64,000 nucleotides of DNA from an uncultured Pelagibacteraceae bacterium (GTDB taxonomy: Bacteria; Pseudomonadota; Alphaproteobacteria; Pelagibacterales; Pelagibacteraceae): positions 9,482-73,481 of the forward strand of contig CACHGV010000003.1 in assembly GCA_902579465.1 (NCBI GenBank), written 5' to 3'. The position numbers and the translations under genes are program-made. Numbering within the stretch: the first letter of the stretch is position 1; each line of letters opens with the position of its first letter. Below, one piece after another: positions 1 to 9,879 of this stretch. Under the pieces are notes generated by a model. The model did no database searches. It was not told the origin of the DNA and saw only the letters and a program-made list of their open reading frames with translations.

Positions 1-1422
1 CTATTAAAATTTTTTCTGGTTTTATTTTTTTTTGTGTCACACAATCATTCTAAAGCTGACTTTTTTAAAGATATTACATCTCAAATTGATGAAAATGAAT
101 TTAGACTCAGTTATGGTATTTCTGTTACAGATGTAAATCAAGATAACAAATATGAATTTGTCGTAACTGGGTTTGGTTTTTCTAACTTGGCGTTGTCTTA
201 TAAAAATGGGAAATTGATAAATATAAATAAAGATGAAATTTTTGACGATATTAATAGAAAAACTATAGGTGTTGCAGCTTGCGACATTGATCAAGATGGT
301 TTTGAAGAAATTTATTTTTTAAATACAGATACATTCAGTGGAGAAAAAAAATATTCAGATAGATTGATTGATAATAGTAGTAATGGTTTTATTGATTTAT
401 TTGAAAAAGATATAAACAAAAAAAATTTAAATCTAACTGCTGGTAGATCAGTTGTGTGTGTTGATAGAAACGGTGACGGAAAATATGGCATATATGTTGC
501 TAATTATGGGGGTCCAACTAGGTATTATGAGTTAAATACTGGCCAAGTGCTTGATTTAGCCGAGAAGCTTAAACTCAATAAAATAACTGGTGGAAGGGCA
601 GTAGTGGCAGGTAATATTCTATCAGGAAAAACTGATATATTTGCTGCAAACGAGAGAGGTAAAAATTTTTTATATTATAATTCTGATGGTTTCTTTCAAG
701 ATATAGCAGAAGATTACAAAGTTGATGATCAATATGAAAATGGAAGAGGTACAGTTTTATCAGACATACTCTACAGAGGTAGATTAGATGTTGTTACCTC
801 TAATTGGAATGGTTATCATAGGGCTTTTGTATTAGAAGATACCAAATTTAAAGATATTGCCACTCCAACTTATAATATTCCAACTAGAATTAGAACGGTA
901 ATTTCCGCAGACCTTGATAATGACGGATATGATGAAATATTTATGAATAATATTGGTGAGCCTAATAAATTATTCAAGATTAAAGAAAACGGATTTTTTG
1001 AAGAGATAGTAATTCAAAATGCATATGAATCAAATGGTTTAGGAACAGGAGCAGCTGTTGCAGATATAGATGATGATGGAATTTTAGAATTACTAGTTTC
1101 ACATGGAGAGTCTGGAATGCAGCCTTTAACAATGTATAAAGCAGATATAAAAACAGATTTCAGTTATATAAGAATTAAACCTACAAATACATTCGGTGCA
1201 CCAGCAAGAGGGGCAACTGTTATTTTGAGTTCTAATTTAAGAAAACATGCAAAAACCATAGATGCTGGCTCAGGGTATTTATGTCAAATGGAGCCTGTTG
1301 CTCATTACGGTTTAAGAGAAGGTGAAAAAAATATATCTATAGATGTAATTTGGACTAATGGATTATCAGAGTCATTTAAAGTTAATGAAATAAATAAAAC
1401 TATTGAAATTAAACAGAAATAA
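1..1422 (+). CDS. Secreted CRTAC1/ASPIC-UnbV family FG-GAP repeat (beta-propeller) protein; 5' end probably outside window
   Basis: Repeated DxDxDG Ca-binding motifs (DIDQDG, DRNGDG, DLDNDG, DIDDDG) and C-terminal 'GSGYLCQMEPVAHYGL' ASPIC/UnbV motif. The frame is open from base 1 (LLKFFLVLFFFVSHNHSKA-D, signal-peptide-like), so GTG at 34 is probably internal. Confidence 0.85.
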   Translation, partial: LLKFFLVLFFFVSHNHSKADFFKDITSQIDENEFRLSYGISVTDVNQDNKYEFVVTGFGFSNLALSYKNGKLININKDEIFDDINRKTIGVAACDIDQDGFEEIYFLNTDTFSGEKKYSDRLIDNSSNGFIDLFEKDINKKNLNLTAGRSVVCVDRNGDGKYGIYVANYGGPTRYYELNTGQVLDLAEKLKLNKITGGRAVVAGNILSGKTDIFAANERGKNFLYYNSDGFFQDIAEDYKVDDQYENGRGTVLSDILYRGRLDVVTSNWNGYHRAFVLEDTKFKDIATPTYNIPTRIRTVISADLDNDGYDEIFMNNIGEPNKLFKIKENGFFEEIVIQNAYESNGLGTGAAVADIDDDGILELLVSHGESGMQPLTMYKADIKTDFSYIRIKPTNTFGAPARGATVILSSNLRKHAKTIDAGSGYLCQMEPVAHYGLREGEKNISIDVIWTNGLSESFKVNEINKTIEIKQK

Positions 1423-1423
1423 T

Positions 1424-2155
1424 ATGATAGGAACACTTAATATAATAAATAAAAAATTTAAGCACATTAAAAGTTTTTTTATATTTTTGTTACTAATTTT
1501 TTTTTGTTTAATAAAACCAGTGTATTCAAAAGACTTTAATTATTACGAGGATCTTGCGAAAGATTGGATTAAGATCTTTCCTGATCAAAACAGAAATGCT
1601 GCTGGTCCAAAATTTTTTAAGCATATTTTAGATAAAAAAATTACTTATCAAGATTTTTTAGAATATAATAAATTATATTGTGCGGTATCCGGTTCATTAA
1701 TATCTCCAAACAGTAAGCCAGATTTTGTCTATTTAAAAAGTGCAGAAAATGATGACAAAATATGTGGTTTTTACCATAAATGCTGCTTTCCATGCTCATG
1801 TGATTTAATGAAATATTCTGAAGTCAAAAATATGAAATACAAATTCTTAGATGGAGAAAAAGAATTTTCTGTTTTAACTATTAAAAACCCATGCGGAAAA
1901 AAAGATTTTCCTCGAGAAGTAAATAGAAATTATTTCTGCAATGGAGATAAAATTGATCATAACCAGGTTGTTTTAATAGATAATAGACTTGTTATTGGTA
2001 TCTTACATAATGCATCAAAATGTAATGAACAGAGTATCGTAGCTATAAATAAAGATGAATATACCGGAACTTATTGTGAATTAAGAAATAATGCACCATT
2101 AGAGCAGGTTCAAGGTGGTATGGGTGACATTTTTATTAAAATGGCTAGAGATTAA
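1424..2155 (+). CDS. Secreted/membrane-anchored cysteine-rich hypothetical protein
   Basis: ATG 1 nt after the upstream stop; hydrophobic N-terminal segment; 10 Cys in the mature part including CCFPCSC. Confidence 0.75.
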   Translation: MIGTLNIINKKFKHIKSFFIFLLLIFFCLIKPVYSKDFNYYEDLAKDWIKIFPDQNRNAAGPKFFKHILDKKITYQDFLEYNKLYCAVSGSLISPNSKPDFVYLKSAENDDKICGFYHKCCFPCSCDLMKYSEVKNMKYKFLDGEKEFSVLTIKNPCGKKDFPREVNRNYFCNGDKIDHNQVVLIDNRLVIGILHNASKCNEQSIVAINKDEYTGTYCELRNNAPLEQVQGGMGDIFIKMARD

Positions 2156-2219
2156 TTATGTTCTTGAACTTACACTTGCATGTATTTGGACTTCTAATTT
2201 TTTAAACTCTTAACCTTGG

Positions 2220-2321
2220 TTAGATTATACCTATTCCTTCTTTATAAAAATAGGCACCCAAAATTAGAATTGCTAAAACATAAATAATTCCAAAAATTGT
2301 ATATTTAAACTTTTTTCTCAT
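2220..2321 (-). CDS. Putative 33-aa single-TM small protein (MRKKFKYTIFGIIYVLAILILGAYFYKEGIGII)
   Basis: Translated by hand; ATG overlaps the 3' end of the GT41 gene; basic N-terminus followed by a hydrophobic helix. Confidence 0.4.
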   Translation of the reverse strand: MRKKFKYTIFGIIYVLAILILGAYFYKEGIGII

Positions 2322-4263
2322 TTATTAAATCTTGATAAATTTTTTCTAATTCTTTTGTAAAAGTTAAACTATCAAATAATTTAGTATCTATAATACTTTT
2401 TTTTATTTCATTTTTAATTTTTTTTAACTTTTCTTTATTTGTGGCGAGTTCAATTGCAATTTTCTCAAAATTTTCGATATTGTTAGCAACTAATTGAGAC
2501 ATATTAACTTGGTTTAAAATGCTAGCTGATACTCTAGATGCAAATGATTTTCCAATTAGTGTTACAATTGGAATTCCCATCCTGATGGCATCACTTGAGG
2601 TAGTATGAGCATTATATGGAAACGTATCAAGGAATATATCAATAAGCTTTAATCTGTTTAAATGATCTTCACTTTCCATATATTCTGTGAATATAATTCT
2701 TTTTCTATTAATATCTCTTTTTTCACCCTCTCTCCAAATATTTTCAGAGGATGAATTTCCTTTAGTACCCATTAGCCATAAAACACTATTTGGAACTTTT
2801 TTCATTATATTGGTCCAAGCTGTAAACATTTCAGGAGTAATTTTATAACTCGCATTAAAATTACAAAATATAATTTCATTTTCTGGTAATCCAAAATCAG
2901 TTTTTTTAAGTATCTTATTTGAAATTTTTAAACTTTTGGGATTAGCTTGATAACAATTTGGCATATGAATTATTTTTTCAGCAAAAAATTTTTTGTGATT
3001 TTCAGGTATCAAAATCTTATCTGCAATTATATAATCCATAAAATTTCCACCCATTGTGCCTGCATATCCTAAATAATTTATTTGAATGGGAGCAACACGT
3101 CTGTAAAAAATTGATGCTTTATTCCATGAAGTATATCCACAAAGATCAATTGCAATTTCAATACCAATTTCTTTACATAAATTTATGATTTCTTCATCTG
3201 TCATATTTTTTACATCAAAAAATTCTTTAAATAACCCTTTTGATTTTTCATAAGCATCACCCTTTCCCCGAGGTCCAAAAGAGAGCGCATAAATATCAAA
3301 TTTAGACTTATCGTGTAAATTAAATACATCCATCATTAAGTATAAAGTTGGGTGTTCTCTAAAATCAGGAGAAAAATATCCAATTTTTATTTTTTCTTTC
3401 CTAGGATAATTTTTAATTTTTTTTATAACCATGTTATTAAATTTGTAATCAACAAATATATCAGCGTTGATTTTATGTATTGATGGATCATCTATTAAAC
3501 TTAATACTGGAAAAGGATCTATTACTCTTTTATTTTCATTTATAGAACTAATCATTTTATTTAAATTTTTATCTAAATTGCTCCAGTCAGATAACATCAT
3601 TTTAGTATGAATTAATTTACCTATAGCGTAATTGTGATCAGGTTTTAATTCTAAAACTTTTTCAAAAGCTTCCTTCGCTTCTTTAAAGTTTCTAATTGTA
3701 GATAAAGTTGTTCCCAAATTATAATAAGCTATGAAATAATCTGGTTTTATTTTGACAGCATTTTTATAATTGATAATAGCCTTATCATTTTGGTCTAGCT
3801 CTTTATACGCACTCCCTAGGCCATTGAAGGCAAAAGAATTTTCTTTATTTAAATCAATAGCTTTTTTAAAGTTATCAATAGAATTCTTATGATTTTTTAT
3901 ATAAAGATAACAATTCCCAATATTATTATATGCATCTGAATAATCTGGCTTGATATTTAATGTTTGTTTAAATACATCGATCGCTTCAGCGTACTTACCA
4001 GTTGTAGCAAGTGCCCCGCCTAAATTATTGAGGTTGCTAAAATGATTTTTGTCTATTTCACTTACTTTTCTGTAAAAATCAATTGATAATTCTACATTAC
4101 CTTTTTGTAAGTAAGCATTTCCTATTTGAAAAAGAAGTTGGGAATTATTATTATCTTCCTTTTGAATTTCTAAGTATAACTCAAGAGCTTCATTTATCTT
4201 TCCCTGTTTATGAAGGTTTGTTGCGTTCTCAAAAGATTTATTAAAATTTTTCAATTTTTCCAA
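2305..4263 (-). CDS. TPR-repeat GT41 glycosyltransferase (O-GlcNAc transferase/SPINDLY family)
   Basis: About 6 TPRs, then 'KIGYFSPDFREHPT', 'DLCGYT', 'APIQINYLGY', 'FCNFNASYKI', 'DTFPYNAHTT'. The start may be TTG 4254 (TTGA overlap with dnaJ). Confidence 0.9.
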   Translation of the reverse strand: MEKLKNFNKSFENATNLHKQGKINEALELYLEIQKEDNNNSQLLFQIGNAYLQKGNVELSIDFYRKVSEIDKNHFSNLNNLGGALATTGKYAEAIDVFKQTLNIKPDYSDAYNNIGNCYLYIKNHKNSIDNFKKAIDLNKENSFAFNGLGSAYKELDQNDKAIINYKNAVKIKPDYFIAYYNLGTTLSTIRNFKEAKEAFEKVLELKPDHNYAIGKLIHTKMMLSDWSNLDKNLNKMISSINENKRVIDPFPVLSLIDDPSIHKINADIFVDYKFNNMVIKKIKNYPRKEKIKIGYFSPDFREHPTLYLMMDVFNLHDKSKFDIYALSFGPRGKGDAYEKSKGLFKEFFDVKNMTDEEIINLCKEIGIEIAIDLCGYTSWNKASIFYRRVAPIQINYLGYAGTMGGNFMDYIIADKILIPENHKKFFAEKIIHMPNCYQANPKSLKISNKILKKTDFGLPENEIIFCNFNASYKITPEMFTAWTNIMKKVPNSVLWLMGTKGNSSSENIWREGEKRDINRKRIIFTEYMESEDHLNRLKLIDIFLDTFPYNAHTTSSDAIRMGIPIVTLIGKSFASRVSASILNQVNMSQLVANNIENFEKIAIELATNKEKLKKIKNEIKKSIIDTKLFDSLTFTKELEKIYQDLINEKKV

Positions 4264-5381
4264 AAACTTTTTGCTTTTTTAAAGAATTTTTTAATACTTG
4301 GATTTGACTTTTCATTTTCTATTTCTCTAAATTTCTCAAGTAATTCTTTTTGTTCTTTATTAAGAGATACTGGAACTTCAGTATTAACTTGAACATATAA
4401 ATCCCCATAGGCATTTCCCCGCATTAGCGGCATACCTTTCTCCCTTAATCTAAATTGTTTTCCACTTTGTGTACCAGCTGGAATTTTTATTTTTGCTTTT
4501 CCTCCATCAATCGTTGGTATTTTTATTTCTGTTCCAAGTGCAGCATCTGCTATAGATAATGGGAACTCAAAAAATAAATTCTCTTCAGATCTTTTGAACA
4601 ATTCATGAGAATTAACATTAATAAATAAATATAAGTCTCCATTACTAGCACCTCTCGATCCTGCCTCTCCTTTTCCAGATAATCTTATTCTGGTTCCGTC
4701 ATCCACACCTTTAGGAATAGTTACTGAAAGCCTTTTATTTACTTGCTTTTTACCTGTGCCTCCACAGCTTGTGCAAGGGTGAGTTATTTGCTCACCAGAG
4801 CCGGCGCATTGGGGACAAGTTTGTTGGACAGTGAAAAAGCCTTGGCTAGAACGAACTTGTCCGTTTCCTCCGCACATAGAACATGTACTTGCACTATAGC
4901 CTGGTTTTGAACCTGATCCGTTACAAACATCACATTTATCAGAAGTTGAGAATTTAATATCTTGTTTTTTTCCAGCATAAGCTTCTTCTAAACTTATAGT
5001 CAAGTCATATCTTAAATCAGAGCCACGGTTATTAGATCTTCTTGATCTTCTTCCACCTCCGCCAAAACCCTCTCCAAAAAAGTCTTCAAAGATATCTGAA
5101 AAAGAGCCAGAAAAGTCAAAATTTCCGAAACCACCTCTTCCACCTCCGCCACCATTTTCAAATGCAGCATGTCCAAAATTGTCATAATTTTGTTTTCTCT
5201 CTGAATTTGATAATACGTGATAAGCTTCAGAGGCTTCTTTAAATTTTTCCTCTGCTCCTTTATCGCCCTTATTTTTATCAGGATGGTATTTTACAGCTTG
5301 TTTTCTGTAAGCTGCTTTTATCTGGTCTGGACCAGCACTTTTTTCAACACCCAAAACATCGTAGTAATCTCTTTTTGCCAT
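4251..5381 (-). CDS. dnaJ: Chaperone DnaJ
   Basis: J-domain HPD, G/F-rich region, four CxxCxGxG repeats. Confidence 0.99.
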   Translation of the reverse strand: MAKRDYYDVLGVEKSAGPDQIKAAYRKQAVKYHPDKNKGDKGAEEKFKEASEAYHVLSNSERKQNYDNFGHAAFENGGGGGRGGFGNFDFSGSFSDIFEDFFGEGFGGGGRRSRRSNNRGSDLRYDLTISLEEAYAGKKQDIKFSTSDKCDVCNGSGSKPGYSASTCSMCGGNGQVRSSQGFFTVQQTCPQCAGSGEQITHPCTSCGGTGKKQVNKRLSVTIPKGVDDGTRIRLSGKGEAGSRGASNGDLYLFINVNSHELFKRSEENLFFEFPLSIADAALGTEIKIPTIDGGKAKIKIPAGTQSGKQFRLREKGMPLMRGNAYGDLYVQVNTEVPVSLNKEQKELLEKFREIENEKSNPSIKKFFKKAKSFWKN

Positions 5382-5409
5382 AACTAGTTATAGACAAATG
5401 GTTGATAGT

Positions 5410-7338
5410 TTAGGCGCTTTTTTCTTTATCGTCTTTTACTTCTTCAAAGTCTGCATCAACAACATTATCGTCTTTTTTCCCTTCATCTTTAGCATCTTTT
5501 GCATCTTCAGGTGCATCACCAGGTTTTGTACTTTGTTGTGATTTGTAAATAGCTTCTCCTAATTTCATTGAAGCTTGAACCAAATCTTGAGTTTTCTTTT
5601 TAATTTCCTCTACATCAGTTCCTTTTAATGCGTTTCTTACATTTGCAGATGCATCTTCAATAGCTTTTTTATCTGCATCAGAAACTTTACTACCATGTTC
5701 TTTTAAATTTTTTTCAGTAGAATGAAGAAGAGTATCAGCTTGATTTCTCGCATCTACAGCTTCTCTTTTCTTTTTGTCTGCTTCTTTATTTGTCTCAGCA
5801 TCCTTAACCATTTGGTTTATTTCTTCATCACTTAAACCTCCTGATGCTTGAATTTGAATTTTTTGTTCTTTCCCAGTTCCTTTATCTTTTGCAGAAACAT
5901 TTACAATTCCATTGGCATCAATATCGAATGTAACTTCAATTTGAGGAACACCCCTAGGAGCTGGAGCTATACCAACTAGCTCAAAATTACCCAAAACCTT
6001 ATTGTCTGAGGCCATATCTCTTTCACCTTGTAAAACTCTTATTGATACTGCTGGTTGGTTATCCTCTGCTGTTGAGAAGACCTGACTCTTTTTAGTCGGT
6101 ATTGTAGTATTTTTCTCTATCAATTTTGTTGAAACTCCGCCTAATGTTTCTATTCCTAGTGAAAGTGGTGTTACATCAAGCAATAATACATCTTTTACAT
6201 CACCTTGTAATACCCCAGCTTGAATAGCTGCACCCATAGCAACAACTTCATCAGGATTTACAGATTTGTTAGGTTCTTTACCAAAGAAATTTTTAACTTC
6301 TTCAATAACTTTTGGCATTCTAGTCATTCCACCAACAAGTATCACCTCATCGATTTCACTAGCACTTAAACCAGCATCTTTAAGTGCTGTTTCGCACGGT
6401 GGAATAGTTCTAGAAATAAGATCTTCTACAAGAGCTTCTAGCTTTGCTCTGGTCATTTTCATATTAATATGTTTCGGACCAGTTTTGTCTGCTGTAATAA
6501 ATGGCAAATTTATTTCGGTTTGTGCCGCTGAGGATAATTCAATTTTTGCCTTTTCAGCCGCCTCTTTAAGTCTTTGTAAGGCTAATTTATCAGATTTTAG
6601 GTCTATGCCATTTTCTTTTTTAAATTCAGTTAACAAGTAATCTACAATTGTATTATCAAAATCTTCTCCACCTAAAAAAGTGTCTCCATTTGTAGATTTA
6701 ACTTCGAATACTCCATCTCCTAATTCAAGTATTGAAACATCAAATGTACCACCACCTAAATCATAAACGGCAATTTTGTTATTTGTTTTTTTGTCCAATC
6801 CGTAAGCAAGTGAAGCTGCAGTTGGTTCATTAATAATCCTTAAAACTTCTAGACCTGCTATTTTACCAGCATCTTTAGTTGCTTGTCTTTGTGCATCATT
6901 AAAATATGCAGGTACTGTTATTACAGCTTGTTTAACTTCTTGACCTAAATATTTTTCAGCAGTCTCTTTCATCTTCTGAAGTGTAAAAGCAGAAATTTGA
7001 GATGGAGAATATTTGTTACCTTTTGCTTCTATCCAAGCATCTCCTTTATCTGAGTTAATAATTTTAAATGGTGCAGTTTCAACATCTTTTTTAACAGATG
7101 GATCATCAAAATTTCTTCCAATCAATCTCTTAACTGCAAATATTGTATTTTCAGGATTTGTTACTGCTTGTCTTTTAGCAGGTTGTCCAATTAATTTTTC
7201 ATCATTATCAGAAAACGCAACAACTGATGGAGTTGTTCTTGCCCCCTCAGCGTTTTCTAAAACCTTAGCCTGTGTACCCTCCATTACTGCTACACAAGAG
7301 TTGGTTGTTCCTAAATCTATTCCTATTACTTTACTCAT
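5410..7338 (-). CDS. dnaK: Chaperone DnaK (Hsp70)
   Basis: [17 protein letters not shown] and DLGGGTFD signatures. Confidence 0.99.
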   Translation of the reverse strand: MSKVIGIDLGTTNSCVAVMEGTQAKVLENAEGARTTPSVVAFSDNDEKLIGQPAKRQAVTNPENTIFAVKRLIGRNFDDPSVKKDVETAPFKIINSDKGDAWIEAKGNKYSPSQISAFTLQKMKETAEKYLGQEVKQAVITVPAYFNDAQRQATKDAGKIAGLEVLRIINEPTAASLAYGLDKKTNNKIAVYDLGGGTFDVSILELGDGVFEVKSTNGDTFLGGEDFDNTIVDYLLTEFKKENGIDLKSDKLALQRLKEAAEKAKIELSSAAQTEINLPFITADKTGPKHINMKMTRAKLEALVEDLISRTIPPCETALKDAGLSASEIDEVILVGGMTRMPKVIEEVKNFFGKEPNKSVNPDEVVAMGAAIQAGVLQGDVKDVLLLDVTPLSLGIETLGGVSTKLIEKNTTIPTKKSQVFSTAEDNQPAVSIRVLQGERDMASDNKVLGNFELVGIAPAPRGVPQIEVTFDIDANGIVNVSAKDKGTGKEQKIQIQASGGLSDEEINQMVKDAETNKEADKKKREAVDARNQADTLLHSTEKNLKEHGSKVSDADKKAIEDASANVRNALKGTDVEEIKKKTQDLVQASMKLGEAIYKSQQSTKPGDAPEDAKDAKDEGKKDDNVVDADFEEVKDDKEKSA

Positions 7339-7356
7339 AATTAATACCTCTTCGTC

Positions 7357-7383
7357 ATATAAGTGCTAATTTTTAGACTACAA
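7357..7383 (-). promoter_or_regulatory. RpoH (sigma32)-type promoter of dnaK
   Basis: Minus strand TTG-N17-CTTATAT resembles the alphaproteobacterial RpoH consensus; GAGG RBS lies downstream. Confidence 0.65.
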
Positions 7384-7413
7384 CCATCTATAAAATTTAA
7401 ATTTTGGTTGTTT

Positions 7414-8070
7414 TTATTGGTTTTTTTCATCTTTTTTATCTTCTTTTTGTTCTTCCTTAACAATTTTCTTTGAAACAGCAACTAAAGCAGGTCTCAATAA
7501 TCTGTCTTTCATCATAAATCCTTTTTGTATTTCTTGAACAATTGTTCCAGGTTCTTTTGATTCATCCTCTATTTCTAACATTGCTTGATGAAGATTGGGA
7601 TCAAGCTTTTCATTAATTGATTTTACAGGTTCGATATTATTTTTTTTGAATATTGAAAGCATATCGTTGTTTATAATATCTAAATGTTCTACAATCTTTT
7701 TAAGCGCATCTGTATTTTTTAACTTTTCGTCGCTTTCTAATACAGCTTTTGATCTCTCAAGATTATCTAATAGGTTTAATGCCTCTTTTGCGAAAGAATA
7801 TCCACCATACTCGTATGCATCTTCTTTTTCTTTTTCAAACCTTCTTCTCTGATTTTCCATTTCTGCAAATGTTCTAGCTAGTTTATCTTTGAGCGTCTCT
7901 AATTCTTCCTCAGGGGATAGCTTTTCATCTTCTTTTTCTTTTTTCTCGGACTCTAAATTTTTATCTTCACTATCTTGATCTTCATTATGATTTTCAGTAG
8001 CTTGAGTATTTAACTCATCCTCATCAGGAGTACTTTTGTCCATGTTTTCTTTTAATTCTTCTTTGTCCAT
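7414..8070 (-). CDS. grpE: Nucleotide exchange factor GrpE
   Basis: 'AEMENQRRR', 'DPNLHQAM', 'KGFMMKDRLLRPALVAV'. Confidence 0.98.
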   Translation of the reverse strand: MDKEELKENMDKSTPDEDELNTQATENHNEDQDSEDKNLESEKKEKEDEKLSPEEELETLKDKLARTFAEMENQRRRFEKEKEDAYEYGGYSFAKEALNLLDNLERSKAVLESDEKLKNTDALKKIVEHLDIINNDMLSIFKKNNIEPVKSINEKLDPNLHQAMLEIEDESKEPGTIVQEIQKGFMMKDRLLRPALVAVSKKIVKEEQKEDKKDEKNQ

Positions 8071-8077
8071 ATTGTTT

Positions 8078-8105
8078 ATATGGTAAGAAAAAGTATAATT
8101 TCTAG
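8078..8105 (-). promoter_or_regulatory. Possible RpoH-type promoter of grpE
   Basis: Minus strand CTAG-N18-CCATAT, 7 nt before the ATG (near-leaderless). Confidence 0.45.
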
Positions 8106-8708
8106 ATGCCTAAAAAAAAAATTAAGGAGATATTCATTGGCTCAAATAATAAAGGAAAACTTAGAGAAATAGCTAATCTTTTACCCAAAAGTCTAAGAAT
8201 TTACTCAAATTTGAATTTTAAAATACCAAGTCCAAAAGAAACTGGAACCACATTTAAGCAAAACTCTCTTTTAAAAGCAAAATATTTTTCAGAGAAAACT
8301 AATAAAATTTGTATGTCAGATGACTCAGGTATAGAGATTGATATTTTAGATAAAGCGCCTGGCGTGTATTCAGCAGATTGGTCAGGAAAAAAAAGAAATT
8401 TTAATTTAGCTATAAAAAAAGTTTATAGAGAAATTTCTAAAATAGATAAAAATTGGAAAAAAAAAAAATTGAGTGCCAGATTTATTTGTGTTCTTACTAT
8501 CTTTTGGCCAAATGGTAAGTTTATAAGTAAAATTGGTAAAATCGAGGGACGAATATCAAATTTAAAGAGAGGAAAGAATGGCTTTGGATATGATCCAATT
8601 TTTATTCCTAAAGGAAAAAGATTAACTTTTGGTGAGATGGAACCTAAGAAAAAATATAAAATAGACCATCGATCAAAAGCATTTAAAAAAATTAGAAAAT
8701 TTTTTTAA
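8106..8708 (+). CDS. rdgB: Non-canonical purine NTP pyrophosphatase (RdgB/Ham1)
   Basis: 'SNNKGKLRE', 'DDSG', 'PGVYSA', 'GFGYDPIF', 'HR'. Confidence 0.95.
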   Translation: MPKKKIKEIFIGSNNKGKLREIANLLPKSLRIYSNLNFKIPSPKETGTTFKQNSLLKAKYFSEKTNKICMSDDSGIEIDILDKAPGVYSADWSGKKRNFNLAIKKVYREISKIDKNWKKKKLSARFICVLTIFWPNGKFISKIGKIEGRISNLKRGKNGFGYDPIFIPKGKRLTFGEMEPKKKYKIDHRSKAFKKIRKFF

Positions 8709-9843
8709 ATTTTTTATCTTGAATGCTATAAAAGTTTAGTTGATGAGTAATAGTATTTTTATTTATTTCAAAAACTCCTATTTTACCTTTAAACTTATTT
8801 TTTTTATAGAATATTTTTTTTGAAATTTTAAAATCGTTTTCATAAATTAAAAAATAAACCAAACCTATTAAATCATAACTTAAAAATGAAAGTTGATCTC
8901 CATCTAAACCATAAGCGTTTTTAAAATCATTCATAAATAGTTCATAATTATCTTTATTAATTGAGGGAAAATATATTGGATGCAGCGAATTATCTTTTAA
9001 AAGACTTTCATCAAACCATTGATTTAAAGTTATATAAGAAATTCTTTTTGATGAGACATCTGTATATAGAAGAGATGTAGCAACACTTTTTAAATTTTCA
9101 TCAAAATCAGCTATAATAACTGAGTCAAAATTAATATTTCCAAGTGTATCTCTTTTCTTTAAGTTTTGTATTTTTTTATCTTTATCTTTAAGTGATAAAC
9201 CCTCAAGTCTTTGTATTTCAAATTTAAGATTATTTTTCCTTATTTGATATTTAGTTAATTCTTCAATTTGCTTGGTAAGTTTCGTTGGCTCTCTGTCATA
9301 ATAAAATACTTCTTTATGTTTAATTTTAGTTTTATTAATTGCTTCCTCTATCTCTTTTTTAAATTGTGCTCTTGGTATTAAAAAAATACTTTTTGATAAA
9401 TTATTTCTTCTATTAAATTTTTTTATTGTTTGTACTTGTGATATAGCATTGACACCAGCGCTGATTACATTTTTTGGATTACCGATTAATTTGTTAGTAA
9501 GAGATATAAAAGTTACATCTTCTAAATCATCAAGATATTTTGTACTTTCGTTAAATACTGGGCCAATGATTATTCTTACACCGTCTTTATATAATTTGTT
9601 GGATACTTTTAAAGCATCAATAGGATTTGACTTCGTATCTTTTGGAATTATCTCCACTCTATCATCATTAATTTTATTTATTGCCATTCTCATTGATTTT
9701 ATAATTTTTTCACCAATTAAAGAATTTTCACCACTTAAAGGAACAATTAGTCCAATCTTAATTTTTTCAGACGCAAATATGTTTTGATTATAAAGAGCGA
9801 CACTTAATGCAATAAACATTAACAATTTAATTAAAGTTTTCAT
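8692..9843 (-). CDS. Periplasmic-binding-fold protein, LppC/LpoA-like penicillin-binding protein activator family
   Basis: Signal peptide, 'KIGLIVPLSG', 'IIIGPVF'; divergent from rsmI as in the conserved lpoA/rsmI arrangement. Confidence 0.7.
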   Translation of the reverse strand: MKTLIKLLMFIALSVALYNQNIFASEKIKIGLIVPLSGENSLIGEKIIKSMRMAINKINDDRVEIIPKDTKSNPIDALKVSNKLYKDGVRIIIGPVFNESTKYLDDLEDVTFISLTNKLIGNPKNVISAGVNAISQVQTIKKFNRRNNLSKSIFLIPRAQFKKEIEEAINKTKIKHKEVFYYDREPTKLTKQIEELTKYQIRKNNLKFEIQRLEGLSLKDKDKKIQNLKKRDTLGNINFDSVIIADFDENLKSVATSLLYTDVSSKRISYITLNQWFDESLLKDNSLHPIYFPSINKDNYELFMNDFKNAYGLDGDQLSFLSYDLIGLVYFLIYENDFKISKKIFYKKNKFKGKIGVFEINKNTITHQLNFYSIQDKKFKKIF

Positions 9844-9879
9844 TTAAGTTTTAATAATATATTTATTTAGAGAATTCAT

